Below are positions 37,399 to 49,095 of a DNA stretch of 64,000 bases, in pieces; position 1 is the stretch's first letter; every line of letters begins with the position of its first letter. The translations under genes were made by a program, and so were the position numbers. This DNA is from Chiloscyllium plagiosum. Its lineage: Eukaryota. The stretch is taken from contig NC_057745.1 in the NCBI RefSeq assembly GCF_004010195.1, forward strand, positions 348,952 through 412,951, read 5' to 3'. Under the pieces are notes generated by a model. It was not told the DNA's origin. It saw nothing but the letters and a program-made list of their open reading frames with translations, and did no database searches.

Positions 37399-39027
37399 TT
37401 CTTTTGAACATTTAGTGAAGTCTAGAATGGGTCTCCCACAAAGTACTTTCGATGCTGGGGACAACTGAAAATTAAGTGCAGACATCAATAGAAAAATGGA
37501 GCAAAAGTGGTTTAGCGTGGTTGAGATACAGATTATTTATAAATGAATGGTGGAAATAGCTTGAGCAGCCAAATGGTCCATGCTCTTACTATATCTAAAA
37601 TATTCTCTATAAATATCACAACTATGAATAGGAACAATGAATTTTAGCAAGTTTTGTCTTCAATTTGTTCATTAGTTTTGGGTGCTGCTGGCTATGCCAG
37701 AATTTATTGCCCATATCTAACTGCCCTGGAGAAGCAGCAAGTTGCCTTTTGAAGCAGTCTTTCAGATGGAGGGAACTCTCTGCATTGTTCAGAGCTTCCA
37801 GCATTTTGGCCCAGTGACAGTGATGGAATGGCAATATATTTCCAAATCGGATGGTACATGATTTGGAGGAGAGCTTACAAGTGGTATCCCCATGTTTCTG
37901 CTGCCCTGTCCTTCTGGATGGTAGCTCTCACAGGTTGGGAAGGTGTTGTCTAAGGAGCCTTGGTGAGTTGCAGTGCATCTTCTAGATGCTACACACTACT
38001 GCTGATTGTTGGTGGTGTTGGGAGTGACAGCTGAAGACATCGGATGGTGTGTCAATTAACACACTGGTTTGTCTTGATTAGTGTCAAGCATCTTGAGTCT
38101 TGTAGAAGCTGCACTCATCTGGACAAGTGGAAAGAATACCATCAAACCCCTGGCTTGTGCCTTGTAGATGGTGGACAGGCTCCAGGGAGACAGGAAGCTC
38201 CAACTCCCCAAATCTCATTACACACTGGAATAGACCACAATTGTTCACTATCTGCCCTCAACAGATACTCCATCATAGATTGCCTCAACCACTGCTCCTG
38301 TTCTAGTGGATCATCTTTCCTAAGGCTATGGTCTGCTGAACTCAATCTGCACTCCCAGGACTCATTCATTAGCATAACTTCAACCATTCACCAGCAGCTA
38401 GCTTCAGCAAACTGAACTGCCCCACGTTTCTTCTACGCTCTAAGCTTGCTAAGTCATACACCCAGTGAATACTGCTTGGTTTTAAAAGCCCAACTCACTC
38501 AACTGTACTGTATTAATGCTCACAAGCTTCTTCTAATCCCAATGCCGTTTCCCCAACACAGAGCCAGTGGGCTTCACACTTTCTCAGGTCGTTAGGAGTG
38601 TTGGGTCCTGAACTTAGCTGTTTCCTAATCCTTAAACGTCTTCCTAATAGCACAGATCATCAAGCTGCTGTCAGTTTATCACCAAGTAGTCTACACAGAA
38701 TCAGTATAGCACACAGCATAGGTGACTGCAACACCTCTCGCATGGAATATATCTGTTTGTCTTTTTCTCCAACTAATTGTAACCTTTGAACTCTTCTTCA
38801 GTGACCTCAAACTGTCTGGAATGGCTTCCACAGTACAAAGAAATACCTAAAAAAGGAGGATTTATCATACACTAATTATCAAAGATACTTGAAGAAGCTT
38901 TGTCCTGGATGGTGTCAGCTTGAGTGTTAGAATCATTTTCAGAGTTGCACTCACCAAGGCTAAGAGAGCGTATTCCACCACATCTCTGACTTGTGCATTG
39001 TAGATGGTGGTCAGGTGAATCCACTCA

Positions 39028-39527
39028 NNNNNNNNNNNNNNNNNNNNNNNNNNNNNNNNNNNNNNNNNNNNNNNNNNNNNNNNNNNNNNNNNNNNNNNNN
39101 NNNNNNNNNNNNNNNNNNNNNNNNNNNNNNNNNNNNNNNNNNNNNNNNNNNNNNNNNNNNNNNNNNNNNNNNNNNNNNNNNNNNNNNNNNNNNNNNNNNN
39201 NNNNNNNNNNNNNNNNNNNNNNNNNNNNNNNNNNNNNNNNNNNNNNNNNNNNNNNNNNNNNNNNNNNNNNNNNNNNNNNNNNNNNNNNNNNNNNNNNNNN
39301 NNNNNNNNNNNNNNNNNNNNNNNNNNNNNNNNNNNNNNNNNNNNNNNNNNNNNNNNNNNNNNNNNNNNNNNNNNNNNNNNNNNNNNNNNNNNNNNNNNNN
39401 NNNNNNNNNNNNNNNNNNNNNNNNNNNNNNNNNNNNNNNNNNNNNNNNNNNNNNNNNNNNNNNNNNNNNNNNNNNNNNNNNNNNNNNNNNNNNNNNNNNN
39501 NNNNNNNNNNNNNNNNNNNNNNNNNNN
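39028..39527. other. Assembly gap (500 N, probably a placeholder size)
   Basis: Run of N. Confidence 1.
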
Positions 39528-40490
39528 CTGGCCCTTCGAGCCTGTTCTGCAATTCAATAAGATCTTGGCTGACTTTTTCATGGACTCAGCTCCACTTATC
39601 TGCTCGCCCACCATAACCCTTAATTATTTTACTGTTAAAAGATCTATCTGTCTTTGCCTTTAAAACATTCAAAGAGAGCCTCAACTGCTTCACTGGGTAG
39701 GGAATTCACAGATCACAATCTTTTGGGTGAAGAAGTTCCTCCTCAACCCAGTCCTAAATCTGCTGCCCCTTATTTTGAGGCTATGCCCCTAGTACCAGTT
39801 TCATACACCCCTCCCCCCACCGTGGAAACAACCTCTTTGCTTCTATCTTATCTGTTTGCTTCATAATTTTATATGTTTCTGTAAGATCCCTCCTACTATT
39901 TTTCTAAATTCTAATGAGTATAGCTCCAGTGTACTCAATCTCTCCTTGAACCCTCACAATTCCAGAATCAGCAAACCTCCTCAGCACCCCTCCAGTGCCA
40001 GTGCATCCTTTTTCATATTAGGAGACCAAAACCATGTACAGTTCTCCAGGTGTGGCCTCACCAGCACTCTCTATTTTTAAACTCCATCCCTCTAGCAATG
40101 AACGACAATATTCCATTTGCCTTCTTAATTACTTGCTGCACCTGCACACCAGCTTTTGTGATTCGTGCACAAGGAGACCCAGGTCCCTCTGCACAGCAGC
40201 ATACTGCAATTTTTAACTATTTAGATAATAGTCTGTTTTCTGTTAATCTTACCAAACTGCATGATCTCACATTTACTAACGTTGTACCCCGTCTGCCAGA
40301 TCCTTGCTCTTAACCTATCTATATCCCTCTGCTGACTTTGTGTCATCTGCACACTTTGCTCTGCCACTTATTTTAGTGTCATCTGTGAACTTTGACACAT
40401 ACACTTGGTCCCCAACTCTAAATCATCTAGGTAAATTGTAAACAATTGCAGTCCCAACACTGATCCCTGAAACACACCATTTGCCATGAG
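39528..40490 (-). mobile_element. Old CR1 LINE 3' fragment
   Basis: QGSVLGLQLFTIYLDDLELGT translation and downstream ORF2 remnants. Confidence 0.75.
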
Positions 40491-41068
40491 TCCTTGCTGG
40501 ACCTCGCCAGTGCAAACGCCACTGACGACAAGCTGGTCAAGCACGATCCTTTTGATTTGATTTAAATTGTCACACATATCTAGGTACAGTGGAAAGTTTT
40601 GTTTTGCATGCAGTGCAGACAGATCATAACATACAAAGTTCATGAGGTGATTGAACAGAGTGAGGAATATAAAGTTATGGCTGCAAAGAAGGTGCATAAA
40701 AAATAAGATCTATATTAGATTTGAATTTTGAGATGTCCATTCAGAAGTCTAATGACAGTAAGTAAGAAGCTGGTCTTGATACTTCTGGTTAAAGTGTTTG
40801 AGCTCTTGTATTTTCCCAAGCATATATTTAGGAGATAAGAAGTCAGGCTGGTTAAACATGCATTGCGTGCAAAGCAAATATTTACTAAGTCACTGGTTAT
40901 CTTTGCAAATCAAAAATCCATGTGGTATCTTAAAAAAATCTCAAACCTGAATTTAACAGAAAATATTTTACTATGTTGCATGATACAAATCAATTCTCTC
41001 ATTATCTCTCTCATGTACCCTCACCCATATCTCTCTCAAATACTACCACTCTCTCTAACACTCATGAA

Positions 41069-41648
41069 GGAGAGCTTCTTGATGGGAGGTGTACAGGGAC
41101 TGGATGTCCATGGTGAAGATAAGGCGTTGGGGACCGGGGAAGCGAAAATCACGGAGGAGGTGGAGGGTGTGGGTGGTGTGCCGAACGTAGGTGGGGAGTT
41201 CTTGGACTAAGGGGGACAGGACTGTGTCGAGGTATGCAGAGATGAGTTCGGTGGATGGAGGTGTACAGGGATGAGCGCCTCCTCTTCTGCCTAGGAACCC
41301 TCCAACCACAAGGGATGAACTCAGATTTCTCCAGTTTCCTCAATTCCCCTCCCCCCCCCACCTTGTCTCAGTCAAATCCCTCGAACTCAGCACCGTCTTC
41401 CTAACCTGCAATCTTCTTCCTGACCTCTCCGCCCCCACCCCACTCTGGCCTATCACCCTCACCTTGACTTCCTTCCACCTATCGCATTTCCAATGCCCCT
41501 CCCACAAGTCCCTCCTCCCTACCTTTTATCTTAGCCTGCTGGACACACTTACCTCATTCCTGAAGAAGGGCTTATGCCCGAAACATCGATTCTCCTGCTC
41601 CTTGGATGCTGCCTGACCTGCTGCGCTTTTCCAGCAACACATTTTCAG
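41069..41648. mobile_element. Penelope-like fragment (RT piece plus pseudo-LTR)
   Basis: LIFTMDIQSLYTS RT motif, TSD CTAACACTCATGAA at 41055 and 41649, and core CTGAAGA-AGGGC-TTAT-GCCC-GAAAC-ATC at about 41560-41587. Confidence 0.8.
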
Positions 41649-42878
41649 CTAACACTCATGAACTCCGGTAGAAGTTTACAATTTCTTATAGTATATGCTA
41701 GTATTAGCAATAACATGCTAAGATTGAGCGCTGATGAATTAAAGTAAGTAAAGGCTCTCACTAGTGCAGCTCTCAGGCAGTGGTGCCTCACATTCCCCTC
41801 TGAGGATCAGGGTGGGAGGGATCTGCAACAGGTTATTTGCAACAGATCTGCATAGGTTAGGTTATTTTATTTTAGATTAGGAATAATCCTTGGCACAACA
41901 TCGTAGGCCAAAGGGCCTGTTCTGTGCTGTACTTTTCTACGTTCTATGTTCTAAACATGAAGTACTGCAAGTAGAAAGTTATATTTTTCCAATGTTTAAA
42001 TGTAGTGATTTAAAGTACTATATTTCATTTTACAAGATTTTTTTTTCTACTAAGAAGGGCTGTAGGGAATCCAACTCCAGGTTTAACATTGATTCCTAAA
42101 AGACACAAAAATTGCAGCTTTAAGTGAGAACTTCCTGTATGGTTTAGCCTTAAAACTATAGATAGTGATGGGAGAAGCTTGTTTCCACCGCATAGCTGAC
42201 CAGGAACCTCCCCTGCTCTTGCTGTCTTTCATTTTGTGTATGTCAGAAGGATTTACAAATTTGATGTTCAACCTGTTTGCCCAATTATAAATGCATCTTC
42301 TTTAGCTATCTAGTTCTGAAGTGGATTTAATCCTGGCTCCAGGTCAGTGGCATTGAGAACTGAGGGCTAAAGGGGATGAAAAAAAAGGCAGGACACTATT
42401 TGAAGGAAGGGCAAGGAGGTTTTCTGATCTCTTAGCCCAAGTTCCTCCTGCAACAGTGCCAAAACCCTGAATTTGCCCTTGTTAGGTATGAAATTCCCTT
42501 GCCTACAATAGTTGATTGAAGTGTTTTGGAGATGAGGCATAGATTTGTTCATAAAGTAATCTCTATAAAGAAGAACAGTAATTCTCCTCTGATCACTATT
42601 CTAATGGGTCACGTTTCATTTGGAAGATTGAACTAGTACTCATTTGCTAATAAGGCCATCTGGGAAAAAAAAATTTCATGAGATTCTATGTGGCTGTGGG
42701 GCTGGTGTGAACAGGCTTGTTTTGTGTTGACTCAGGTTGCATTCACAATACAACCAAAGTACTGAGTTAAGGTCTGGTCTGAGTAAACAAACCTCCTTAG
42801 TGGAGGTGTCTCACACTGCAATGCTGTTCAGTCAGCTGTGGTTTAAGTCTACAATTGCAGTACTTGGCTACTTCGAGC

Positions 42879-43901
42879 CTGCATCTGCCCCACCGAATTC
42901 ATCTCCACCTACCTCAATGCTGACTTATCTTCCCCTCCCCTCCTCTCCCCACTCCCTCGGTCCAGGAACTCTCCACTTAAGTTCGGGACACCACCCACCC
43001 CCTCCACCAAGATTTCTGTTTCCCCAGCCCCCAAAGCCTCATCTTCACCATGGTCACCCAGTCCCTCTACACCTCCATCCACAATGACCAGGGCCTCCAA
43101 GCTCTCCGTTTCTTCCTCTCCCAACGTCCCCACCAGTACCCTTCCACTGACACTCTGATTTGTTTGGCTGAATTGGTCCTCATCCTCAACAATTTCTCCT
43201 TCAAATCCTCCCACTTGTTCCAGACTGCTAAGTAGAGCAGTCCATCTTCCACAGTTACACCAGCACCACTCCCCACCTTTTCCTCTGCTACATTGATAAC
43301 TCCATCGGCGCCACCTAATGCTCCCACGAGGAGCTTGAACAGTTAATCAACTTCAGCAACACATTCCACCCTGACCTTAAATTCACCTGGACCATCTCTG
43401 ACACCTCCCTCCCTCTCCTTCCTGGACCTCTCCACTGCCACTCCCTCACCACCCGATGCCTGGAGGAAGAATGCCTCATCTTCCACCTCAGGACCGTTCA
43501 ACCCCATGGCATCAATGTGGACTTTACCAATTTCCTCATTCCTCTCCCCATCCACCTCCCCACCTTACTGCAGTTCCAACCTTCCAGCTCAGCACTGTCC
43601 TCATGACCTGTCCCACTTGTCAATCTTCCTTCCCACCGACCTGCTCCACCCTCCTCTCTGACCTATCACCTTCACCCCCACCTCCATCCACCTATTGCAC
43701 TCTCAGTTACCTTCTCTCCAGCCTCACCCACTTCCCATTTATCTTTCCACCCCTGACATTCCCAGTCTCATTCCTGATGAAGGGCTTTTGGCCGAAATAT
43801 CGATTTTTCCTGCTCCTCGGATGCTGCCTGACCTGCTGTGTTTTTCCAGCACCATTTAAATCTTGACTCTAATCTCCAGCATCTGCAGTATCCACTTCTG
43901 C
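42879..43901 (+). mobile_element. Decayed Penelope-like element (RT remnants plus pseudo-LTR)
   Basis: QSLYTSI...LAELVLILNNFSF translation and flanking CTACTTC(G/A)AGC duplication. Confidence 0.8.
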
Positions 43902-44009
43902 CTACTTCAAGCTATATGCTTTACTTTTAATTCAAATGGTTAAAAGACATATAGCAGCCTGTCATTATATTTGTAAGTTTATTTTTAACTTGTAGGTTTA
44001 AAAATGGGA

Positions 44010-45148
44010 GACGGGTTAGCAAGGTTAGGTCTCACGGGATAAAGGGAGAACTAGCCATTTGGATACAGAACTGGCTCAAAGGTAGAAGACAGAGGGTGAT
44101 GGTGGAGGGTTGTTTTTCAGGCTGGAGGTCTGTGACCAGTGGAGTGCCACAAGGATCGGTGCTGTGTCCTCTACATTTTGTCATTTACATAAATGATTTG
44201 GATGCGAGCATAAGAGGTACAGTTAGTAAGTTTGCAGATGATACCAAAATTGGAGGTGTAGTGGACAGCAAAAAGGGTTACCTCAGATTACAACAGGTGT
44301 TTGATCAGATGGACCTATCGGCTGAGAAGTGGCAGATGGAGTTTAATTCAGATAAATGCGAGGTGCTGCATTTTGGGAAAGCAAATCTTAGCAGGACTTA
44401 TACATTTAATGGTAAAGTCCGAGAGAGTGTTGCTGAATAAGGAGTCCTTGGAGTGCAGGTTCATAGCTCCTTGATAGTGGAGTCTCAGGTTGATAGGATA
44501 GTGAAGAAGGCGTTTGGTTTGCTTTCTTTTATTGGTCAGAGTATTGAGTACAGGAGTTGGGAGGTCATGTTGAAGCTGTACAGGACATTGGTTAGGCCAC
44601 TGTTGGAATATTGCATGCAGTTCTTATCTGCTTCCTATCCGAAGGATGTTGTGAAACTTGAAAGGGTTCATAAAAGATTGACAAGGATGTTGCTAGCGTT
44701 GGAGGATTTGAGCTACAGGGAGAGGCTGAACAGGCTGAGGCTGTTTACCCTGGAGCGTCGGAGGCTAAGGGGTGACCTCATAGAGGTTTGCAAAATTATG
44801 AGGGGCATGGATAGGATAAATAGACAAAGTCGTTTCCCTGAGGTGGGGGAGTCCAGAACTAGAGGGCATAGGTTTAGGGTGAGAGGGGAAACATATAAGA
44901 GACCTGAGAGGGAACTTTTTTACACAGAGGATGGTATGTGTATGGAATGAGTTGCCAGAGGAAGTGGTGGAGGCTGGTACAATTGCAACATTTAAAAGGC
45001 ATTTGGATGGGTATATGAATAGGAAGGGTTTGGAGGGCTATGGGTCGGGTGCTGGCAGGTGGGACTAGATTGGGTTGGGATATCTGGTCGGCATGGATGG
45101 GTTGGACCGAAGGGTCTGTTTCCATGCTGTACATCTTTATGACTCTAT
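44010..45148 (+). mobile_element. CR1 LINE 3' fragment (second short copy at about 45660-46080)
   Basis: GVPQGSVL...FADDTKIGG...LEYC translation and CR1 tail. Confidence 0.92.
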
Positions 45149-47521
45149 TAGTAACTTTTCTTACTAAGGTGGTGACAGTAAAAGCAGAGTATTGCGAGGT
45201 CATTGTACCAATGGGTATGTTGGTGATGTTTGCCTTCATTGACAGATCGGTATGATAAGATTTAATCAATAATATTTTAAACATGTAATACTGAATACTC
45301 CATAAATTACAAATGTATAATGCTGGAAACCCCCAGAAGGACTGAAAGTATCACTGGAGCAAACTGGGTAGACTAAAATTTCAGCTTGGAATTTTCATCA
45401 GAATTCATCACCCTGAAATAATTCTTTCTGCAGAGGTAGCTTGACCTATTCAGTATTCCAATTTATGGATGTGTCCAATAGATTACATAATGTGATGTCA
45501 ATCTAGTGTGTTGGTGCAACCTTGCAGTTTTTGTGTCAATTTGCTTTTCATTTCCACCCCATGCTTTTGGCTAGCGACCATTGAGACAAAGAACCAAAGT
45601 GTAAGACTTTGTCACTACACAGCCTTTCCATTGGTAAATCCTCAGTAGTGCCTCTTCAAGAGGTTTGAGCTATAGAGACGGGCTGAATAGGCTGGGGCTG
45701 TTTTCCTGCAGCGTTGGAAGCTGACGGGTAACCTTATAGAGGTGTATAAAATTATGAGGGGCATGGAAAGGGTAAATAGACAAAGTCTTTTCCCTGGGGT
45801 TGGGGAGTCCAGAACTAGAGGACATAGGTTTAAGGTGAGGGGGGAAAGATATAAAAGCGACCTAAGGGATAACTTTTTCCACGCAGAGGGTGGTACATGT
45901 ATGGAATGAGCTGTCAGAGAAGTGGTGGAGGCTGGTACAATTACAACATTTAAAAGCCATCTGGGCGGGTATATGAAATGGAAGGATTTAGGGGAATATG
46001 GGCCATATGCTGGTAATTAGAGCTAGGTTAATTTAGGATATCTAGGTTGGCATGGACAAGTTGGAGCAAAGGGTCTGTTTGCTATTTGTTTCTATTACTC
46101 CACAAAGATGCATGGAAATATTGTTCCAGCACTGTTCCAGTCTAATGCTTCAGAGGAATTCTTGAGCAACTTTGGGCAAGTAACTCCCTTATGAATACCT
46201 CGCAAGAATGAAAGGCTAACCAATTAGATCCTGAAGAAAGTTTGGAGTGGGGCCCAAAGGCAGACTGATACGTAAAATATTCTCTTTCTGAAAACTTCTG
46301 TACCAAAAGCAGTGCTAGTGGTAATGACTTGTATTCATATGGAATGAGGGAAACAATATTTTTAATGATTTGGAGGTGCCGGTGTTGGATTAGGCTGTAC
46401 AAAATTAAAAATCACACAACACCTGGGTATAATCCAACAGGTTTATTTGGAAGCATTAGCTTTCAGAGCCTGATGAAAGAGCAGTGCTCCAAAAGCTGTT
46501 GCTTCCAAATAAACCTGTTGGGCTATAAGCTGGTGTTGTGTGATTTTTAACTTTATATTTTTAATGTTTGTATTTCTTGAGGCATACCATAACTGGAAAG
46601 GAATTATCCCTCGCAGCTGCTTTTGCTTTCTTAGAAACTGGGATTTGGAAACTTAAACTTCTGGGTAGCGTGAACCTGGCTAAAAGATATAAATGGACAC
46701 TGACCAATTCAGGCTGCAGAGTACTAGAAGTTGATGAGTTCACTATGCAACACAAGCAATCTGAAGGAGATTGGCTAAATCCAGAAGCGGAGACTACGCA
46801 AAGAATTAGTTCTTGGAGTTGTTTCTAGTACTTGAAGACAGTCTGGAACATGTAGACCCAATGTAGAGTTGAGCACGTTCTGCACGTGTTGTTTTCAGTG
46901 AAAACTGTACTTTTGGTACTCAAGCTGGTTGTCTCTTGTTGACTGGACATTAGATTATGTCTTGAGGAGAAAGGTGCTAAATTTCTTGGGAAATTTGAAT
47001 TTTAATGGACCTTGTGACTATTCATGATGTTTGCTGAGAGGATCGTCTAATCAATCTGCAAGATATGGCTTGGTTGTATCTGTCAGCTAAGGTATAAATT
47101 ATAGTTTGTATTCAGCTACAATTTCCTGTTAATTGTTTTGGCTGGAGTTGATTCTGGATGTGAGTGAAAGACGTTATTATTTAAGATATTAAAAAAACAG
47201 AATGGTGGAGAAACTCAGCAAGTCTGGAAGCGTATGTGGAGAGAGACAAAAAGAGTTAATGTTTTAAGTCTGGCATGACTCTTCATCATTGTAAGCAAAC
47301 CATTTCCCTTCCCGGCCCAGTATCTCCCTCTGCAACAAATGTGGCAGAAACTGCCATGCTAAAGGAGGGCACCTGAGTCACCCCAGATTATGTTTAAGCT
47401 GAGACAGAAGACTGCCACGTTTTAAAATATTGAAAGGTATCCTATCTTTCTTGATTTATCAGTTTTGTTTTGGTTCAGAATTTTTTTTTCTTGTACTGTC
47501 TTATGATGAAAGAGGCATGAT

Positions 47522-47896
47522 GCTGTGGTTCTGTTCGCCGAGCTGGAAGTTTTTGTTGCAAACATTTCGTCCCCTGTCTAGGTGACATCCTCAGTGCTTG
47601 GGAGCCTCCTGTGAAGCGCTTCTGTAGTGTTTCCTCCGGCATTTATAGTGGCCTGTCCCTGCCGCTTCCGGTTGTCAGTTTCAGCTGTCCGCTGTAGTGG
47701 CCGGTATATTGGAAGCGGCAGGGACAGGCCACTATAAATGCTGGAGGAAACACCACAGAAGCGCTTCACAGGAGGCTCCCAAGCACTGAGGATGTCACCT
47801 AGACAGGGGACGAAACGTTTGCAACAAAAACTTCCAGCTCGGCGAACAGAACCACAGCAACGAGCACCCGAGCTACAAATCTTCTCACAAACTTTG
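47522..47896. mobile_element. Young palindromic Penelope-derived element (two inverted pseudo-LTR arms of about 149 bp)
   Basis: Arms 47521-47669 and 47711-47859 are nearly perfect reverse complements. TSD AAGAGGCATGAT at 47510 and 47897. Confidence 0.9.
47783..47822 (+). ncRNA. Minimal hammerhead ribozyme motif
   Basis: GCA-CTGAGGA-T-GTCACCT(AGAC)AGGGGAC-GAAAC-GTT-TGC, with intact core and a GUU triplet. Confidence 0.7.
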
Positions 47897-48982
47897 AAGA
47901 GGCATGATATTTAAAAAGTGCCGCATCATCTCTAGGTGTGCCAAATACTTTCATAACAAGGTATTATGTTAAAGTATAATTGGTTATCATGATTTTGATC
48001 AGTAATCTATAAACATCAAAATTGGCATGTGCACATTGTTTGAGTTTACTGGGAGTGGCGAGAAGAATACTGATGAGGAAGCATTCTATTATTTCACAAA
48101 CTTTCTTGTTTCAGTCAACCTGACAGTTTCATAATAAGAGGAGAAAGTGAGGACTGCAGATGGAGGAGATTAGAGTCAAAAAAGTGTAATGTTGGAAAAG
48201 CACAGCAGGTCAGGCAGCATCAAGGAGCAATGATGAAGTATTAAAGTACCTATTCGAGATGGCTCAGAGAATCCCAAATGACCTGACCTGTAGGCCTCTC
48301 TTGATTCGTGTCAGATATTGTACTCTGTAGTAGTCTGGAATATAAAACTCTTACAGACTGTTTAGTTTAAATAATTACCTTTATTTACCAATGGCATCCA
48401 TGTTAGCCAGGCTTCAGCTAAGGTTCTAAAATCATTAGCAGAGTAGCAGCACCAGCTCTTACCCCAAAGAGCTCTCTCAGGCTACTCCCCTTATTGCTGC
48501 AAACAAGTTGTCTTTATACAAAACTTAGTACTGAGATGACAAAAACACCATGTGTCCTTAATCAGATAAGCAGCAAAAGAAAGGCAAAAGTTTATAGAGT
48601 AAGAGAAACTCATTAACAGGTCTGAGTACACTTGACTAATTAAGCTACGTGCACATCAAAGTGGGAAACCCTGATCAAATCAGGACAAATGCTTTAGCTA
48701 GATAAGCTCCCTGTTAAGACCACAGCGTGACAAGAGACTCGTCTAACCTATGTGGAAAAGCTCATGAGGTATCCACGCTTAGCTAACATGCCCCAGTACC
48801 ATTGTCCTACAAAATGGCTTTTTTTTTTAAAAAATCATCTTGATTCCCAAAATGCAAATCAAATTCATAACATTCCCGGATCTCGAGCTCCAGGGAGCAA
48901 CACACAAACATTCAATACATGACAAGCAAGTGTACAGTCAAATCAGATCACAACAAGTTAACTTTTCCATCCGCTTCTGTCC

Positions 48983-49095
48983 TGTCTCTCCCCTGCCACC
49001 TCCCTCTCTCTCTTTTTACTCTCTCTCTTTTTCTCTCTCTTGCTCGCTCTTTCACTCGCTCATTCTTTCTCTCTCTCGCTCTTGCTCTCCCCATC
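48983..49095 (+). repeat. Imperfect (CT)n low-complexity tract
   Basis: Directly visible in the sequence. Confidence 0.85.

Noticed and set aside
41659-41743. ATG-initiated segment ending at GTAAGT as the RDH first exon
   Set aside because: It ends in phase 2, but the next exon needs phase 1.
42820-43971. Hydrophobic frame rebuilt by removing the Penelope insert, as the RDH first exon
   Set aside because: Splicing to 52961 would create a TGA stop, and the segment is interrupted by a transposon.
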